In this document: positions 1-9,460 of the stretch, in pieces
Numbering within the stretch: the first letter of the stretch is position 1
Layout of the letters: each line of letters begins with the position of its first letter
Origin: a virus
Virus record (IMG/VR): IMGVR_UViG_3300034143_000002
Reading direction: 5' to 3' (one strand)
Length of the DNA: 57,778 nucleotides
The notes under the pieces: generated by a model
Database searches by the model: none
Told to the model about the DNA's origin: nothing
Seen by the model: the letters and a program-made list of their open reading frames with translations, nothing else
Translations under genes and position numbers: made by a program

Positions 1-127
1 GTGGCCGTCGAAGCATTGCCGCTCAAGGTGGCCGTGATCGTGCCCGCAGAGAAGTTGCCCGATGCGTCTCTGGCTACTATGGCGCTCGCCGTGTTGGCGC
101 TCGCTGCCGTCGTCTTACTGTTGGGCA
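1..127. repeat. Terminal direct repeat, copy 1 (identical to 57652-57778 and 56983-57109)
   Basis: Exact identity read directly; lies inside fibre coding repeats. Confidence 0.95.
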
Positions 128-1052
128 GAGTACCGGCCACCTCAGCGGTTGCCAGGTCAACAGCGTTTGAGGTCGAGCCAGAGCCGATCAGGTTGGTCGC
201 ATTCGTCGCGTTCGTTGCATTCGTCGCGTTGGTGGCCGTCGTCGCTGTCGTGGCGGTCGTCGCCGTCACAGCCGTCGTGGCGTTTGCTACCGTACCCGTC
301 ACCTTTGAGCCAGCGAGCGAAGTTATCCAAGCCGGATCAGCGTATGAGCCTGAGCTATAGAGACCGTTCGTCACGGTCGAAGCATTGCCGCTCAAGGTGG
401 CCGTGATCGTGCCTGCGCTGAAGTTGCCGGATGCATCGCGCGCCACTATCGCGCTCGCCGTGTTGGCGCTCGCCGCTGTGGTGTTTGCATTTGGCAGAAC
501 CCCATTGACTTCCCCCGTCGCCAGATCAACCGCGTCTGTGGTTGAACCGACCCCGATGAATATCGAGGCCGTGCCGGGGGTTGAGCCACCTGTACTGCCA
601 CCGGAAGAGACCGTGCCGACGTTATGCACCCTGATCGCAGCCCATGTCGTCGTGGCCGGTGAAGCAGGAACTTGGAATGATCCGAACACAGAGAACACAC
701 CGACGGGCCGACCTGTGCTGTCGAACAGGTATGCGCCAAGCTTGGCGGTCGGATTATCCGGTGAAGATTCCGTGGCGGGCACTGTGATAGCCGGGCACGA
801 TGCCTGTGTGCCTGTCACTGTGCAGGTGACTTTGCTATAGAACTTCGACGCTCGCACGTCGCTTGGGTTAGCAGCGAACACGGGCTTGCCGTCAGACCTC
901 ATAAAGTTGTTGAGCGGATATATCCTCAGCTCGAAAGTCGCTGAACTGCCCTGATAATCGCCGAAGGTCTGCGCGCCGATTGTGACCTCCTGCGCCGTCG
1001 CTGTAATGACAGAGGCCAACAGGAAGGCCAGTAGTAGAAGCACCCGTTTCAT
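1..1052 (-). CDS. Tail fibre, N-terminal part (open to window start; in frame with 53685..57778 if circular)
   Basis: Absent from ORF track (no stop in window). Manual minus-strand translation from ATG 1052 (13 nt below the stop of 1066..1752) is open to position 1. It reads MKRVLLLLAFLLASVITATAQE..., then VDLAT.EV.G.LPN..TTAASANTASAIVARDASGNFSAGTITATLSGNAS repeats as in the main fibre ORF. Confidence 0.7.
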   Translation of the reverse strand, partial: MKRVLLLLAFLLASVITATAQEVTIGAQTFGDYQGSSATFELRIYPLNNFMRSDGKPVFAANPSDVRASKFYSKVTCTVTGTQASCPAITVPATESSPDNPTAKLGAYLFDSTGRPVGVFSVFGSFQVPASPATTTWAAIRVHNVGTVSSGGSTGGSTPGTASIFIGVGSTTDAVDLATGEVNGVLPNANTTAASANTASAIVARDASGNFSAGTITATLSGNASTVTNGLYSSGSYADPAWITSLAGSKVTGTVANATTAVTATTATTATTATNATNATNATNATNLIGSGSTSNAVDLATAEVAGTLPNSKTTAASANTASAIVARDASGNFSAGTITATLSGNASTA

Positions 1053-1065
1053 CTTGTATCTCCTA

Positions 1066-1752
1066 TCAAATGTCGAGTATGTCGTAATGGTTGAAAGCAT
1101 AAGGGGAGCCTGTGCCTGTTGAGCCGCCTGTGCCCCCTGAAGCTGCGAAAGTAAAAGACTGGACTTCGGACTCCGCCCCATAGGTACCGCCAGAAGAGTG
1201 AGAGACGCGCACGTAGATCGTCTGCGCCGAAGTTTCCGTGTCGGAGCGATTGATGTTGATGACGCGCGGAAGCTGCACGCCCGTCTCCGTGTTATCTGTG
1301 ATCAACTCCGTCGCGCCGGTCATGAGCGCGTTGTCTGCCACGCGCACGCGCCGCTTCCTGGCAAAGGGCGTATAGCCGTCAATCGCCAGTTGAAGTGTGG
1401 TCTGCGTCGCAGCTCCCACCTGTGAGACCGTAGGGGCCGCTGTTTCGCGCTGGTAGAGCACAGTGAAGGAATAAGCATCCTCAAGGTTTGAGACATCCGG
1501 CACGCCATCGGCAGTGAAGTTGATGATCGAAAAGGTAATGTTCTGGTCTACGTCCGGGTTATAAGGAAAGGAGACAGTCTGGCCGGGCACGAAGACGCCG
1601 AAGAGTTGCGCCTGGCTGGGCGGTTGCGACGCGAAGCGCCACCAGACCTGACAATAAGCGACCGGGGCCGTGCCCGCCGGATAGAAGCGAGGCTCGGCAT
1701 AGGGGCGTGCTACGATATTCGCACCACCGGATGATTTAGCCAGTAAGTCCAT
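1066..1752 (-). CDS. Tail-associated hypothetical protein (228 aa)
   Basis: ORF track 1066..1782. ATG at 1752 overlaps the upstream stop (TAATG), so the start is trimmed. Sits between tip protein and fibre. Confidence 0.55.
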   Translation of the reverse strand: MDLLAKSSGGANIVARPYAEPRFYPAGTAPVAYCQVWWRFASQPPSQAQLFGVFVPGQTVSFPYNPDVDQNITFSIINFTADGVPDVSNLEDAYSFTVLYQRETAAPTVSQVGAATQTTLQLAIDGYTPFARKRRVRVADNALMTGATELITDNTETGVQLPRVININRSDTETSAQTIYVRVSHSSGGTYGAESEVQSFTFAASGGTGGSTGTGSPYAFNHYDILDI

Positions 1753-1994
1753 TACGTTGTGAGGGTCTCCGCGTAGCCGCACAGACCATCCGCGCGGTGA
1801 AAGCTGAAACGTATAAGCGTGCCGACGGCGACCGCTAGGCTGCCAGCAGCGACGTGCCCGTTGGCATCAGATGCGATATCGGCCAGCGCAGCCCCGTTGG
1901 TCACATCATAGACATGCACAGTCTCGCTCGGGAGCAGTGTCTCCGTTCCGTCGCGGTTATCAAGCTTCACATCGAAGGCGGCGTAGGTAGCCAT
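1752..1994 (-). CDS. Small tail-module protein (80 aa)
   Basis: Tightly packed between 1995..4148 and 1066..1752; no motif recognised. Confidence 0.5.
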   Translation of the reverse strand: MATYAAFDVKLDNRDGTETLLPSETVHVYDVTNGAALADIASDANGHVAAGSLAVAVGTLIRFSFHRADGLCGYAETLTT

Positions 1995-4148
1995 CTAAAT
2001 CGTCCTCACTAAATCAAACTCAATCTGATCCAGCCCCGGACGCACGCCACCAATCGGCGTAGTGCCTGGCCGCTCGCTGGGCCCGCCGCCGGGGTTGTCT
2101 TCAGCACCGCTGCCGGGCTGTGGCGGCGCTTGTGTCGAATCTTCCAACCGGTCGTAGTAATCCACCGGATAAGCCTGCGCTTCGATCACAACCTTCAGAT
2201 CGGACTGGCGCTGGAAGCTCATGATGCGGAAATACTCGAAGGGCTCATCTTCGATCTCATGTGATACGACCTTGATGACTTGATACTGGTGCAGTTCGAG
2301 AGCGTAGGCGTACCATGTGGTGAAAGTGACTCTCAGGTTGTTCTTCAGGCCGCCCTGATCGAACTCTCCAAGATCGAGGAGCAGATTACCGACACGTACA
2401 GCTTCGCCGAGATTAGTGATCCCCAGTGCAGAATATTTCTTCTCGATGACCCGTATCGAAGTATCCCCGAGGGCCTTCCCTGCTTTTAACTGCTGCGGTT
2501 GGTCGCTGAAGGTTAAAGGGCGCTCGACGTTGCCATGCGAGGCGTCCTCAAAGGTCAACACAATCTGGTTTGCTAATTCACCGTCGCTGATAGCTGATCG
2601 CTTGACGGAAGTAATCTCGGCGGTGCCCAGCTTTTCAAAGACGATGTTTCGATCAGGGCCGTAATCTGTGAAGACGGGGATGCTGTCGTCAATTACCTGG
2701 CGCTCGAGCGGCAGGACTCTCCACTTACCATGGTGCTCGAAAGGAAGCGTGAAGCGACCGAAGAGGCAGATGTCGTTGATCTGCTGCTGGGCCGTGCGCT
2801 CTGTCAACTCGGCCACAAAGGTTGAGCGAGTGCCGGTGAAATGGTTGCCGTTAGCGTCGTTGTAGCCGACCTGCTCACTGCACCAATTTGCCAGATAAAT
2901 GAAGTCGCTCATCACGAAACGAACCGGATCGAGCTTATGACCCCAGCGAGGCTCACGGATCACGTCAAGCAAACACCAAGCCCGGATGATCGTGTACTGC
3001 TCTGTGAAGGTGTCCTGATCCGTGTAGACGCGAATCTCATCCCGGCCTTCGACCGTGCATTCTCCGTTCAGGTTTCCGGGGCCATAGCCAGCGGGGTTGA
3101 CGGGGCCGTAGACCGCGAAGAAATGTGCCGTCCGGCTGTAGTTGCCGATGCCGGGAGAAAAGCCCGTCCTGCCCTGCCCTCGTTCGCCTCGTCGCACGTT
3201 GAGGTGCTCGAAGCCGATCAAAGCGCCGTTGACCTTGCAGCTCGTCACTGACTTGAGACGCCCTTCGCCGATCCTGAAGAGCACGCGCACGAAGCCCTGA
3301 TCAGGGTGATTAGTATTGAACTGAGGGGTATAAGCGAGCAGCTCCAGTTGACGCGCTACGCGCGGGCCATAATGCACGCGCAGGGCTTGCTTCAGATTAG
3401 TCTCATTGCCTTTGCTCGTAGCTAAAAGCGCCGGGCCTTTGGTCTGGTTGTTAATTAGAGATTCAATGACCGTATCGAATCCCAGGTAGAAAATGTCTGT
3501 GCCATGGCGAGCGACACACTCTGCGCGAGAGGTGGCAATCGTGGTGAAGGGCTGGCCACTGCCGTTGAGTTGACCCGTGACGCCGCCGAGATGGCGGTCA
3601 TACGGGCAATCATTCGCCAGGCATTGCTCCTGATCGGTCAGAAGCCCGCCGAAGATCACAGCATGGCATCCTGCAACGGCACGGCGACTCGGCAACGGCA
3701 GAAGAGCAGAGCGGAAGCCCGAAGCGGCGGTCGTCTTGAACATGCCGCCCCCGGCCCTCTGCGGCGTGCGCAAGTGTCCTGACCATTCCGATACAAGTAA
3801 ATCAACCTGCGGAAAGTAGTAAAAAACCTCAACCTTGCTGCCTTCACCATGCGCTCTAAAGAGCCGGGAAATTTCACGATCCCTGATCTCCGAAAAGGTA
3901 AGGGATATTTGCTCATCGGCAATGGAGCTGGTGCGATTGATCGGAAGGAAGTTGGAGCCGACCAGCCTGGCCTCAACCGTGAGGGTCAGCGCGGCATAGT
4001 CCGGCAGTTCATTGAGAGCCCTGGCCGCATAGTATTTCGTGCCGTCAGGCGCGGGCCAGTAGACAGCCACGATCTCCGAGACCTGCGGTCTCGCAATGGC
4101 TCGCAATGCCGCAAGCTTCGTCTGGTCAGTTGTGCTCTCGATACTCAT
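1995..4148 (-). CDS. Tail tip/hub protein (717 aa), N-terminal region lambda gpL-like
   Basis: 4-nt overlap with the gpM-like gene. N-terminal third has gpL-style layout with a Cys cluster (CHAVIFGG..CLANDCPY..C). Size and position fit a tip/central-fibre protein. Confidence 0.55.
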   Translation of the reverse strand: MSIESTTDQTKLAALRAIARPQVSEIVAVYWPAPDGTKYYAARALNELPDYAALTLTVEARLVGSNFLPINRTSSIADEQISLTFSEIRDREISRLFRAHGEGSKVEVFYYFPQVDLLVSEWSGHLRTPQRAGGGMFKTTAASGFRSALLPLPSRRAVAGCHAVIFGGLLTDQEQCLANDCPYDRHLGGVTGQLNGSGQPFTTIATSRAECVARHGTDIFYLGFDTVIESLINNQTKGPALLATSKGNETNLKQALRVHYGPRVARQLELLAYTPQFNTNHPDQGFVRVLFRIGEGRLKSVTSCKVNGALIGFEHLNVRRGERGQGRTGFSPGIGNYSRTAHFFAVYGPVNPAGYGPGNLNGECTVEGRDEIRVYTDQDTFTEQYTIIRAWCLLDVIREPRWGHKLDPVRFVMSDFIYLANWCSEQVGYNDANGNHFTGTRSTFVAELTERTAQQQINDICLFGRFTLPFEHHGKWRVLPLERQVIDDSIPVFTDYGPDRNIVFEKLGTAEITSVKRSAISDGELANQIVLTFEDASHGNVERPLTFSDQPQQLKAGKALGDTSIRVIEKKYSALGITNLGEAVRVGNLLLDLGEFDQGGLKNNLRVTFTTWYAYALELHQYQVIKVVSHEIEDEPFEYFRIMSFQRQSDLKVVIEAQAYPVDYYDRLEDSTQAPPQPGSGAEDNPGGGPSERPGTTPIGGVRPGLDQIEFDLVRTI

Positions 4149-4552
4149 ACGGCGCGTTCTCGCCTCTGCTGCAATGAAAGCCCGGTGGAGAACAGCTTGA
4201 TCATGAACATGTCAAAGCTGAGCGTGTGCTCTACGAACTTCGCCAGGTAATCCTGGTTATCTCGCGGGCACGTAATCCAGAAGCTGGAATTCCCTTCAGC
4301 TTTTCGTCTGACAAAGAAGTCCCAGAGATAATCAGCTCTGGATTCAATGGTGAAAGTGCCGCCCTGCGTAGAGCGATCGAGCACACCAGGCAGCACTTTG
4401 AATACAAGTTTCCATGCGCGCGTGCCTTCGCTCGACCCGACAAGCGCCGAATCTTCGTAGCCATCGCCGAAGCTGGCTTCGAGAATGTCGAAGCCGATCA
4501 CGCATGAAAGGCCGAAGGAACCGATGACCTCTAATCTCTCGTAATCCGGCAT
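4145..4552 (-). CDS. Minor tail protein, lambda gpM-like
   Basis: SFGDGYEDSA matches the RFGDGYSQRA signature of lambda gpM. Immediately follows the tape measure (1-nt overlap). Confidence 0.6.
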   Translation of the reverse strand: MPDYERLEVIGSFGLSCVIGFDILEASFGDGYEDSALVGSSEGTRAWKLVFKVLPGVLDRSTQGGTFTIESRADYLWDFFVRRKAEGNSSFWITCPRDNQDYLAKFVEHTLSFDMFMIKLFSTGLSLQQRRERAV

Positions 4553-7500
4553 CAGCTCATCCCCATGTTTCTACCCAGTTGACCGATGAAGCTGGCATCA
4601 CTGGTGCTTGTCGCGAGCACGGCTGCACCCACCGCGCCGGGATTCTCTTCCGCTCCTATCGCCAGGACTTGACCTGCCGGCATTGAGCTGATCCGTGCGA
4701 TTTGCTCAGCGAGCTGACCGAGCACTCCCATGATCGCGGTCACACCGATGCTCGAAGATCCGCCGCCATTGCTCGAAGATGAGCTTTGAGAGCCACTGCT
4801 CGCAGGAACATAGCCACCATCCAGGCGCTGCACCGGCGCGCGCGGAACAACTACAGCATCGCCGCTATTGAGCGCATCCATTGCGTCAACACCGACGCGC
4901 TCTGTGGCGTTTGAATTGAGAACGTATTCGCCGCCGTCAAGGACAGCATGAACCCAATCGCGCCCGCGACGCGCAGCATCAACAAATCCTCCCGATAGTC
5001 TTCGGACAAAATTATTTTCTTTGGACGCGGCATCGCCGTACTCTTTATTGAGGGTCAGCTTGCTGTTCTGGCCTGTGCTTTCGGCATAGGCTTGAATGAT
5101 TTCTTTCGAGGGCTCTAGCCTGATCGTTTCGAGCAAGTGTGCTTTCACCTTACCGCGCCCGAATGACTGCTCTCCGATAGCTTTTATTTCGGAGAGCGTT
5201 TTCATATCTTTCACATCAACGGCATACTCTCCCTTAATAGCTTCGCGCAGCTTTTTCTCAGTGCCATTGCGGAAGTGACGCCAGAGCAGAAGCCCGCCAA
5301 CGACAGCACCAACAGCTACAGCAGTCCACGGATTTGTTAGCAAGGGAGTGAGTGAGCTAAACATGCTGCCGCCACCAGCCGCAGCGCCGCCCGCGCCCGC
5401 TCCACCTGCTGCCGCTCCCGCTCCGCCGGCAGCAGCACCACCGCCGCCGAAGATCATGCTCATCATTCCAGCACTCGAGCCTGCCGTTGCAGCTCCAACG
5501 CCAGCGAAAGCATTTCCCGCCGCCGCCGCACCACCAGCAGCACCACCGCCGCCGAAGATCATATTCATCAAACCAGCGCTTGAACTTGAAGTGGCCGCTC
5601 CAACATTGGCAAAGGCGTTTCCACCCGCAGCCCCGCCTGCCATTGCCGGGGTTGCCGCGCCACCCCCACCGGAGTTGAAAAGGTTTTTGAAGCTGTTGAA
5701 AATGTTGCTAAGAGAGAAGCCGCCGCCCTTGCCGCCGCCGTGCCCTAACATCCGATCATTCCCTTCCTCATCCTCTGAGCGCGGGTTGAACAGCGATTGC
5801 AGATATTTACTAACCTTGCTCTTAATGAATTCTTTGACGATGTTAAGGAACAGGTCAGCGAAGCCCTTCTCAATTCGCTTGAGCATACCGATTACGCCGC
5901 CCTCGAATGAAGTCAGAGAGCTTCCTAAAATATCGCCTATGGAGTCGGAAACTTCTTTGACTTTCTCGCGGTATGCGACGAGCGGGCGCTGCATGATTTC
6001 AGCCATCTTGTTTTGATGGCCCACTTCTTCAAGCTGCATACGCTCTCTGAATAGTGCTTCTATTTCGGCTTTTTCTTGAGCCGTTTTACCTTGAAGATTT
6101 ACACTCCCCTGCGCCGCGAGAATATCTATCTGCGCTTGGCGGTTTCTTAGAATCTCACTCGCAACGTCCTGAGCTTGACGCTGTTGTTTTATGTAGGCGG
6201 GACTTGCGCCAAGCCGTTCTAGCTGGTCAATCTTCGCGTTTCCTATTGCAATCGAAAGATTGAGATTTTCCATCTCAATGCTGCGGAGTTGGTTCGCATG
6301 TTGGCGTGCGCTCTCAATATCCTTCTGCCGCCCGGCGGCGATGCGTCGGTCTGCTTCTTCCTGAGTCGCAACCTGCTTTTCGGTGATGCCCTTAATCTGG
6401 TCGTTGATTCGGCGGAATTCTTGGACGTTTACGTTCGCGGCATTTTCGATGCCTGCAATCATGTTTCCCGCCGCATCGTAAACCACGCCGACGGCTTCAA
6501 ATAAAGCCCGCTCTTCTGAGGTCAGCGCTTCAAGGCGGCGATTGAACGCCGCCGTCTGAATATCAAGAATTTTCTTCTCTAAACCCTCTTGCGTGATGAT
6601 GCGATTCTCTGCAATCGCGCGGTAGGTTTCGATTGATCGTTGATCTATACTTTCACCGATGGACAAAAGGCTCTCTTGGTGCGCGCGTAATGATTGAATC
6701 TCTGTCTTTGCCGCGTCATCATCAATCCTTTGGACGTTTCGGTTGTACTCACTGCGAGCCGCCGCCGCCTTCTCGGTCAATTCCTTAACCTGTAATTCCC
6801 TATCCCGGCCCTTTGAAAGCTTCTGCGCGGCGACAAGCTCAGCATCAACAGTCGCCAGCTTAGAATTGAGCAACGCCTGCTCCGCCTCCTTTGATTGGCG
6901 AACAAACTCATCAAGGTTGATAGATTGCTGGTCGTATGACCTCTTGGCTGCCTCTGCGGTTTCACGATAGACGCGCTCAGCAGTTTTCTGTTGAAGCTCC
7001 AAGCCCTTGATTGCGGCGCGCGTGGCGGCATCCTTTTCGGACGCGCCGCCCTTACCTCCCCCGCCGCCACCACCACCGAGCCCCGCTAGATTCACGTCCC
7101 GCACAGGCCCGCCGCCCCGCATGATCTGCTCTATCTCTTCTTTTGAAAGTTTATGACCGCCAGCGGCGCGCACGTCGCGCTCTAAGGGGTCTGCTCCTGC
7201 CGTGCGCGCAATCCAACTCCAAGCCTCTTTCGCGGTTTGTCCGGCGCGGTAAGCCCAATTAGCGATTGATTGCAGCTTGACAATCATCTCGCTTCCATTA
7301 TTGGAAACCGCCTGCAACTCAGACCTGAAAGTTGCTATGTCGCCAGTGGCTAGAGCGAAGCCCGCCGAAAGCAGATGAAGCACAGAACTTGCAAGGTAAG
7401 CGATGACAACCTGCAACTGAATGAAGGGCGCTATCAGAGTAACGATGCCGCCATACAAAACCTCGCCAGCCTTAACCACCGCGCCGATAGAATCAATAAC

Positions 7501-8883
7501 CCCTAACAAAGTTCGGTTTACAATGTCGCCTACTTCATCAACGCTTGAACCGCTGCGCTGTAACTCCGCCTCAAACCTGTTGATGTAAGCCAGCATCGTC
7601 GGCAGCATCTTCACTCCGATGTTGGCCGTAACGATTGAGAGCCTTGCTTCAAGCTCCGTCAGCTTGTCGCCAAAGGCATCGGCAGCCCGCGCGCCATCAT
7701 TCGACATAACGAGCCCCGCGTCCTTCATCCCCTTAATGAAAGCCGGAAGGTCGCCGCCCGTCTGCTTGATAAGCGCTAAAATATCCTTGCCGCCCTTGCC
7801 AAAAAGCTGCATGGCAAGGGTCGTTTGCGCGTAGCCTTCGGGCATCCGAGAGAGTACGCGGAAGGCGTCAACAAGCGCCGTCTCGTTGTCTTTGGTAGAG
7901 ATTGCAAGGCGGTCTAAGACGGCTATCTGCTTCTTGCCGCCCTGCTCCGCCTGCCCTAAAAACTTATCGAAATATCCGAGCCCTGTGGTAAGCCCTTCAA
8001 GGCTTCCGCCGCTCTGGTCGGCGGCCAATTTGAGAGCGCCCACAGTCTCCGCCGCGAAGTTGATCTTGCTTGAAGCGTCGTAGATTTCACCGCCGACCTT
8101 TGCGGAGTGCTGCGCGAGTTTGACAAAGCCAAGCCCTAAAGCCCCGACCATGAGCGTAAGGGTAGCGACAACGCCAAGCCCTACCCCCACAGGCCCGGCC
8201 CATGCTCCTATCACACCGCCGAAGCTTGTCGCTTCCGCCTTCGCTGCCGTGAGGCTCTTGGTAGTGCGGGCGATTGCGGTTTCAGCGCCCGAAGCCGCGC
8301 GCTCGGCTTGTGTAATCGCCTTCTGTGATTCACCAATTAAATTGTTTGAGTAGGTGCTAAGCCGCCGCGCCTCCTTCGCGCTCTGTGCTACCTCTTTTTC
8401 AAGTTGCGCCGGGCTGAGCCCTCGCATGTGCGACACAAGGGCGTCAACCTTTCGGGCTTCCTCTCTTTGCTTAAATTCCTCTGCCGTTAATCGCCTGATT
8501 TCTCTGGCCTGCTTTTGCTTCGTTGCGATGATTCGAGCCGATTCTTTGACAACGCTCTCCGCTTCGTGCTTTAAGCTTGCTGTAACAGAAGCGGTTGACT
8601 CCTTGACTTCTGCCGCCGCCCGCGCCGCAGACGCGCCAGAGCGCGCGTAGCTTCTATCAATCGTGATGGTAGCTTTGGCGACTTCATCCGACGCGCGAAC
8701 GGCGGCGCGCACCTGAGCGTCGGATATTCCCCCTAAGCTACCCGAACCACCAAGAGCCTTTCGGGCGCTTTTTTCCGAGTCGGCGTCTATCGCCGCGAAG
8801 GCGCTCCTGATGCGCTTCACCTCGGCTAACGGCTGCGAGCCGTCCGCTTTGATGGTTAAAGCTATGAATCTTTTTCCCGCCAT
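4552..8883 (-). CDS. Tape measure protein (1443 aa)
   Basis: Largest helical/coiled ORF in the tail module, with hydrophobic segments and a Gly/Ala-rich tandem duplication (NAFA.VGAAT..SSAG.M.MIFGGGGAA x2). Precedes the tip genes. Confidence 0.9.
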   Translation of the reverse strand: MAGKRFIALTIKADGSQPLAEVKRIRSAFAAIDADSEKSARKALGGSGSLGGISDAQVRAAVRASDEVAKATITIDRSYARSGASAARAAAEVKESTASVTASLKHEAESVVKESARIIATKQKQAREIRRLTAEEFKQREEARKVDALVSHMRGLSPAQLEKEVAQSAKEARRLSTYSNNLIGESQKAITQAERAASGAETAIARTTKSLTAAKAEATSFGGVIGAWAGPVGVGLGVVATLTLMVGALGLGFVKLAQHSAKVGGEIYDASSKINFAAETVGALKLAADQSGGSLEGLTTGLGYFDKFLGQAEQGGKKQIAVLDRLAISTKDNETALVDAFRVLSRMPEGYAQTTLAMQLFGKGGKDILALIKQTGGDLPAFIKGMKDAGLVMSNDGARAADAFGDKLTELEARLSIVTANIGVKMLPTMLAYINRFEAELQRSGSSVDEVGDIVNRTLLGVIDSIGAVVKAGEVLYGGIVTLIAPFIQLQVVIAYLASSVLHLLSAGFALATGDIATFRSELQAVSNNGSEMIVKLQSIANWAYRAGQTAKEAWSWIARTAGADPLERDVRAAGGHKLSKEEIEQIMRGGGPVRDVNLAGLGGGGGGGGKGGASEKDAATRAAIKGLELQQKTAERVYRETAEAAKRSYDQQSINLDEFVRQSKEAEQALLNSKLATVDAELVAAQKLSKGRDRELQVKELTEKAAAARSEYNRNVQRIDDDAAKTEIQSLRAHQESLLSIGESIDQRSIETYRAIAENRIITQEGLEKKILDIQTAAFNRRLEALTSEERALFEAVGVVYDAAGNMIAGIENAANVNVQEFRRINDQIKGITEKQVATQEEADRRIAAGRQKDIESARQHANQLRSIEMENLNLSIAIGNAKIDQLERLGASPAYIKQQRQAQDVASEILRNRQAQIDILAAQGSVNLQGKTAQEKAEIEALFRERMQLEEVGHQNKMAEIMQRPLVAYREKVKEVSDSIGDILGSSLTSFEGGVIGMLKRIEKGFADLFLNIVKEFIKSKVSKYLQSLFNPRSEDEEGNDRMLGHGGGKGGGFSLSNIFNSFKNLFNSGGGGAATPAMAGGAAGGNAFANVGAATSSSSAGLMNMIFGGGGAAGGAAAAGNAFAGVGAATAGSSAGMMSMIFGGGGAAAGGAGAAAGGAGAGGAAAGGGSMFSSLTPLLTNPWTAVAVGAVVGGLLLWRHFRNGTEKKLREAIKGEYAVDVKDMKTLSEIKAIGEQSFGRGKVKAHLLETIRLEPSKEIIQAYAESTGQNSKLTLNKEYGDAASKENNFVRRLSGGFVDAARRGRDWVHAVLDGGEYVLNSNATERVGVDAMDALNSGDAVVVPRAPVQRLDGGYVPASSGSQSSSSSNGGGSSSIGVTAIMGVLGQLAEQIARISSMPAGQVLAIGAEENPGAVGAAVLATSTSDASFIGQLGRNMGMS

Positions 8884-8920
8884 TTATGTTAGCCGCGCCC
8901 CGCCGATGAAAGACTAATCT

Positions 8921-9203
8921 GGAATGGGATTTAATTATTTGGAGGGGTTCCGCGTTGACGCACCCCGCCAGAATGAGCATAGAATAATCAAGGATTTAAT
9001 TACTTAGAGGGTGCAACGCCCCTGCCCAAATGAATTATATAGAGCCGAATCGCATACCTTTTTGGAGGGTGTTACGCCGCAACACCTACAGCCCCGAAAC
9101 GAGCATACACGTCTCAGGAATTTAATTTTTAGAGGGTGTGAGACATTGCCCTCACGCATCTAGGGTAGGGTGTTTTGGAGTCTAATTTTTGGAGGGTGTG
9201 AGT
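8921..9203. repeat. Five degenerate tandem units (58-67 bp period) carrying the ~26-nt module-boundary motif
   Basis: Cores ATTTAATT-N-TTNGAGGGTG at ~8927-8951, 8992-9016, 9059-9075 (partial), 9117-9143 and 9179-9203. GAGGG(T/G) anchors at 8942, 9007, 9065, 9132 and 9192. Confidence 0.8.
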
Positions 9204-9458
9204 ATGAAGAATAGAAAAACGATCATCGCAGGTATGTTCCTGCTTTTGCTGTTTGTAGTCGGATGGACTGGATACGGGCAGAAGGCGGCAAGGCAGCAAT
9301 GGGAATATAAAATGCTGTACTTGCCGGATGAATCAAGCGAAGAGGCGAGCCTGAAAACTTTGAACACACTAGGCGCGGAAGGGTGGGAGGTTATCGAGTT
9401 TCACCAAAGGGGAATTGACACCTTGAGCGGTCAATATCTTTTCAAACGATCAAAATAA
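9204..9458 (+). CDS. Membrane-anchored small protein, DUF4177-like (moron-like)
   Basis: GGAGG RBS plus ATG 9204. N-terminal TM/signal IIAGMFLLLLFVVGW. WEYKMLYL...LNTLGAEGWEVIEF...YLFKR resembles DUF4177. Own hairpin downstream. Confidence 0.55.
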   Translation: MKNRKTIIAGMFLLLLFVVGWTGYGQKAARQQWEYKMLYLPDESSEEASLKTLNTLGAEGWEVIEFHQRGIDTLSGQYLFKRSK

Positions 9459-9460
9459 AT

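Noticed and set aside
1-840. Plus-strand ORFs with VAFVAFVALVAVVAVV-type hydrophobic repeats (also 56623..57285)
   Set aside because: They are antisense reading of the fibre Thr/Ala/Asn repeats. The minus-strand frame is continuous with the fibre and preceded by the tail operon.
5348-6016. 222-aa Pro/Ala-rich plus-strand ORF
   Set aside because: It is antisense to the Gly/Ala-rich tract of the tape measure gene.
8921-9203. CRISPR-like geometry: ~26-nt repeats separated by ~35-40-nt spacers
   Set aside because: The repeats are degenerate (one lacks half the motif), the period varies from 58 to 67 bp, the spacers resemble each other pairwise, no cas genes are present, and the same motif occurs singly at other intergenic sites.
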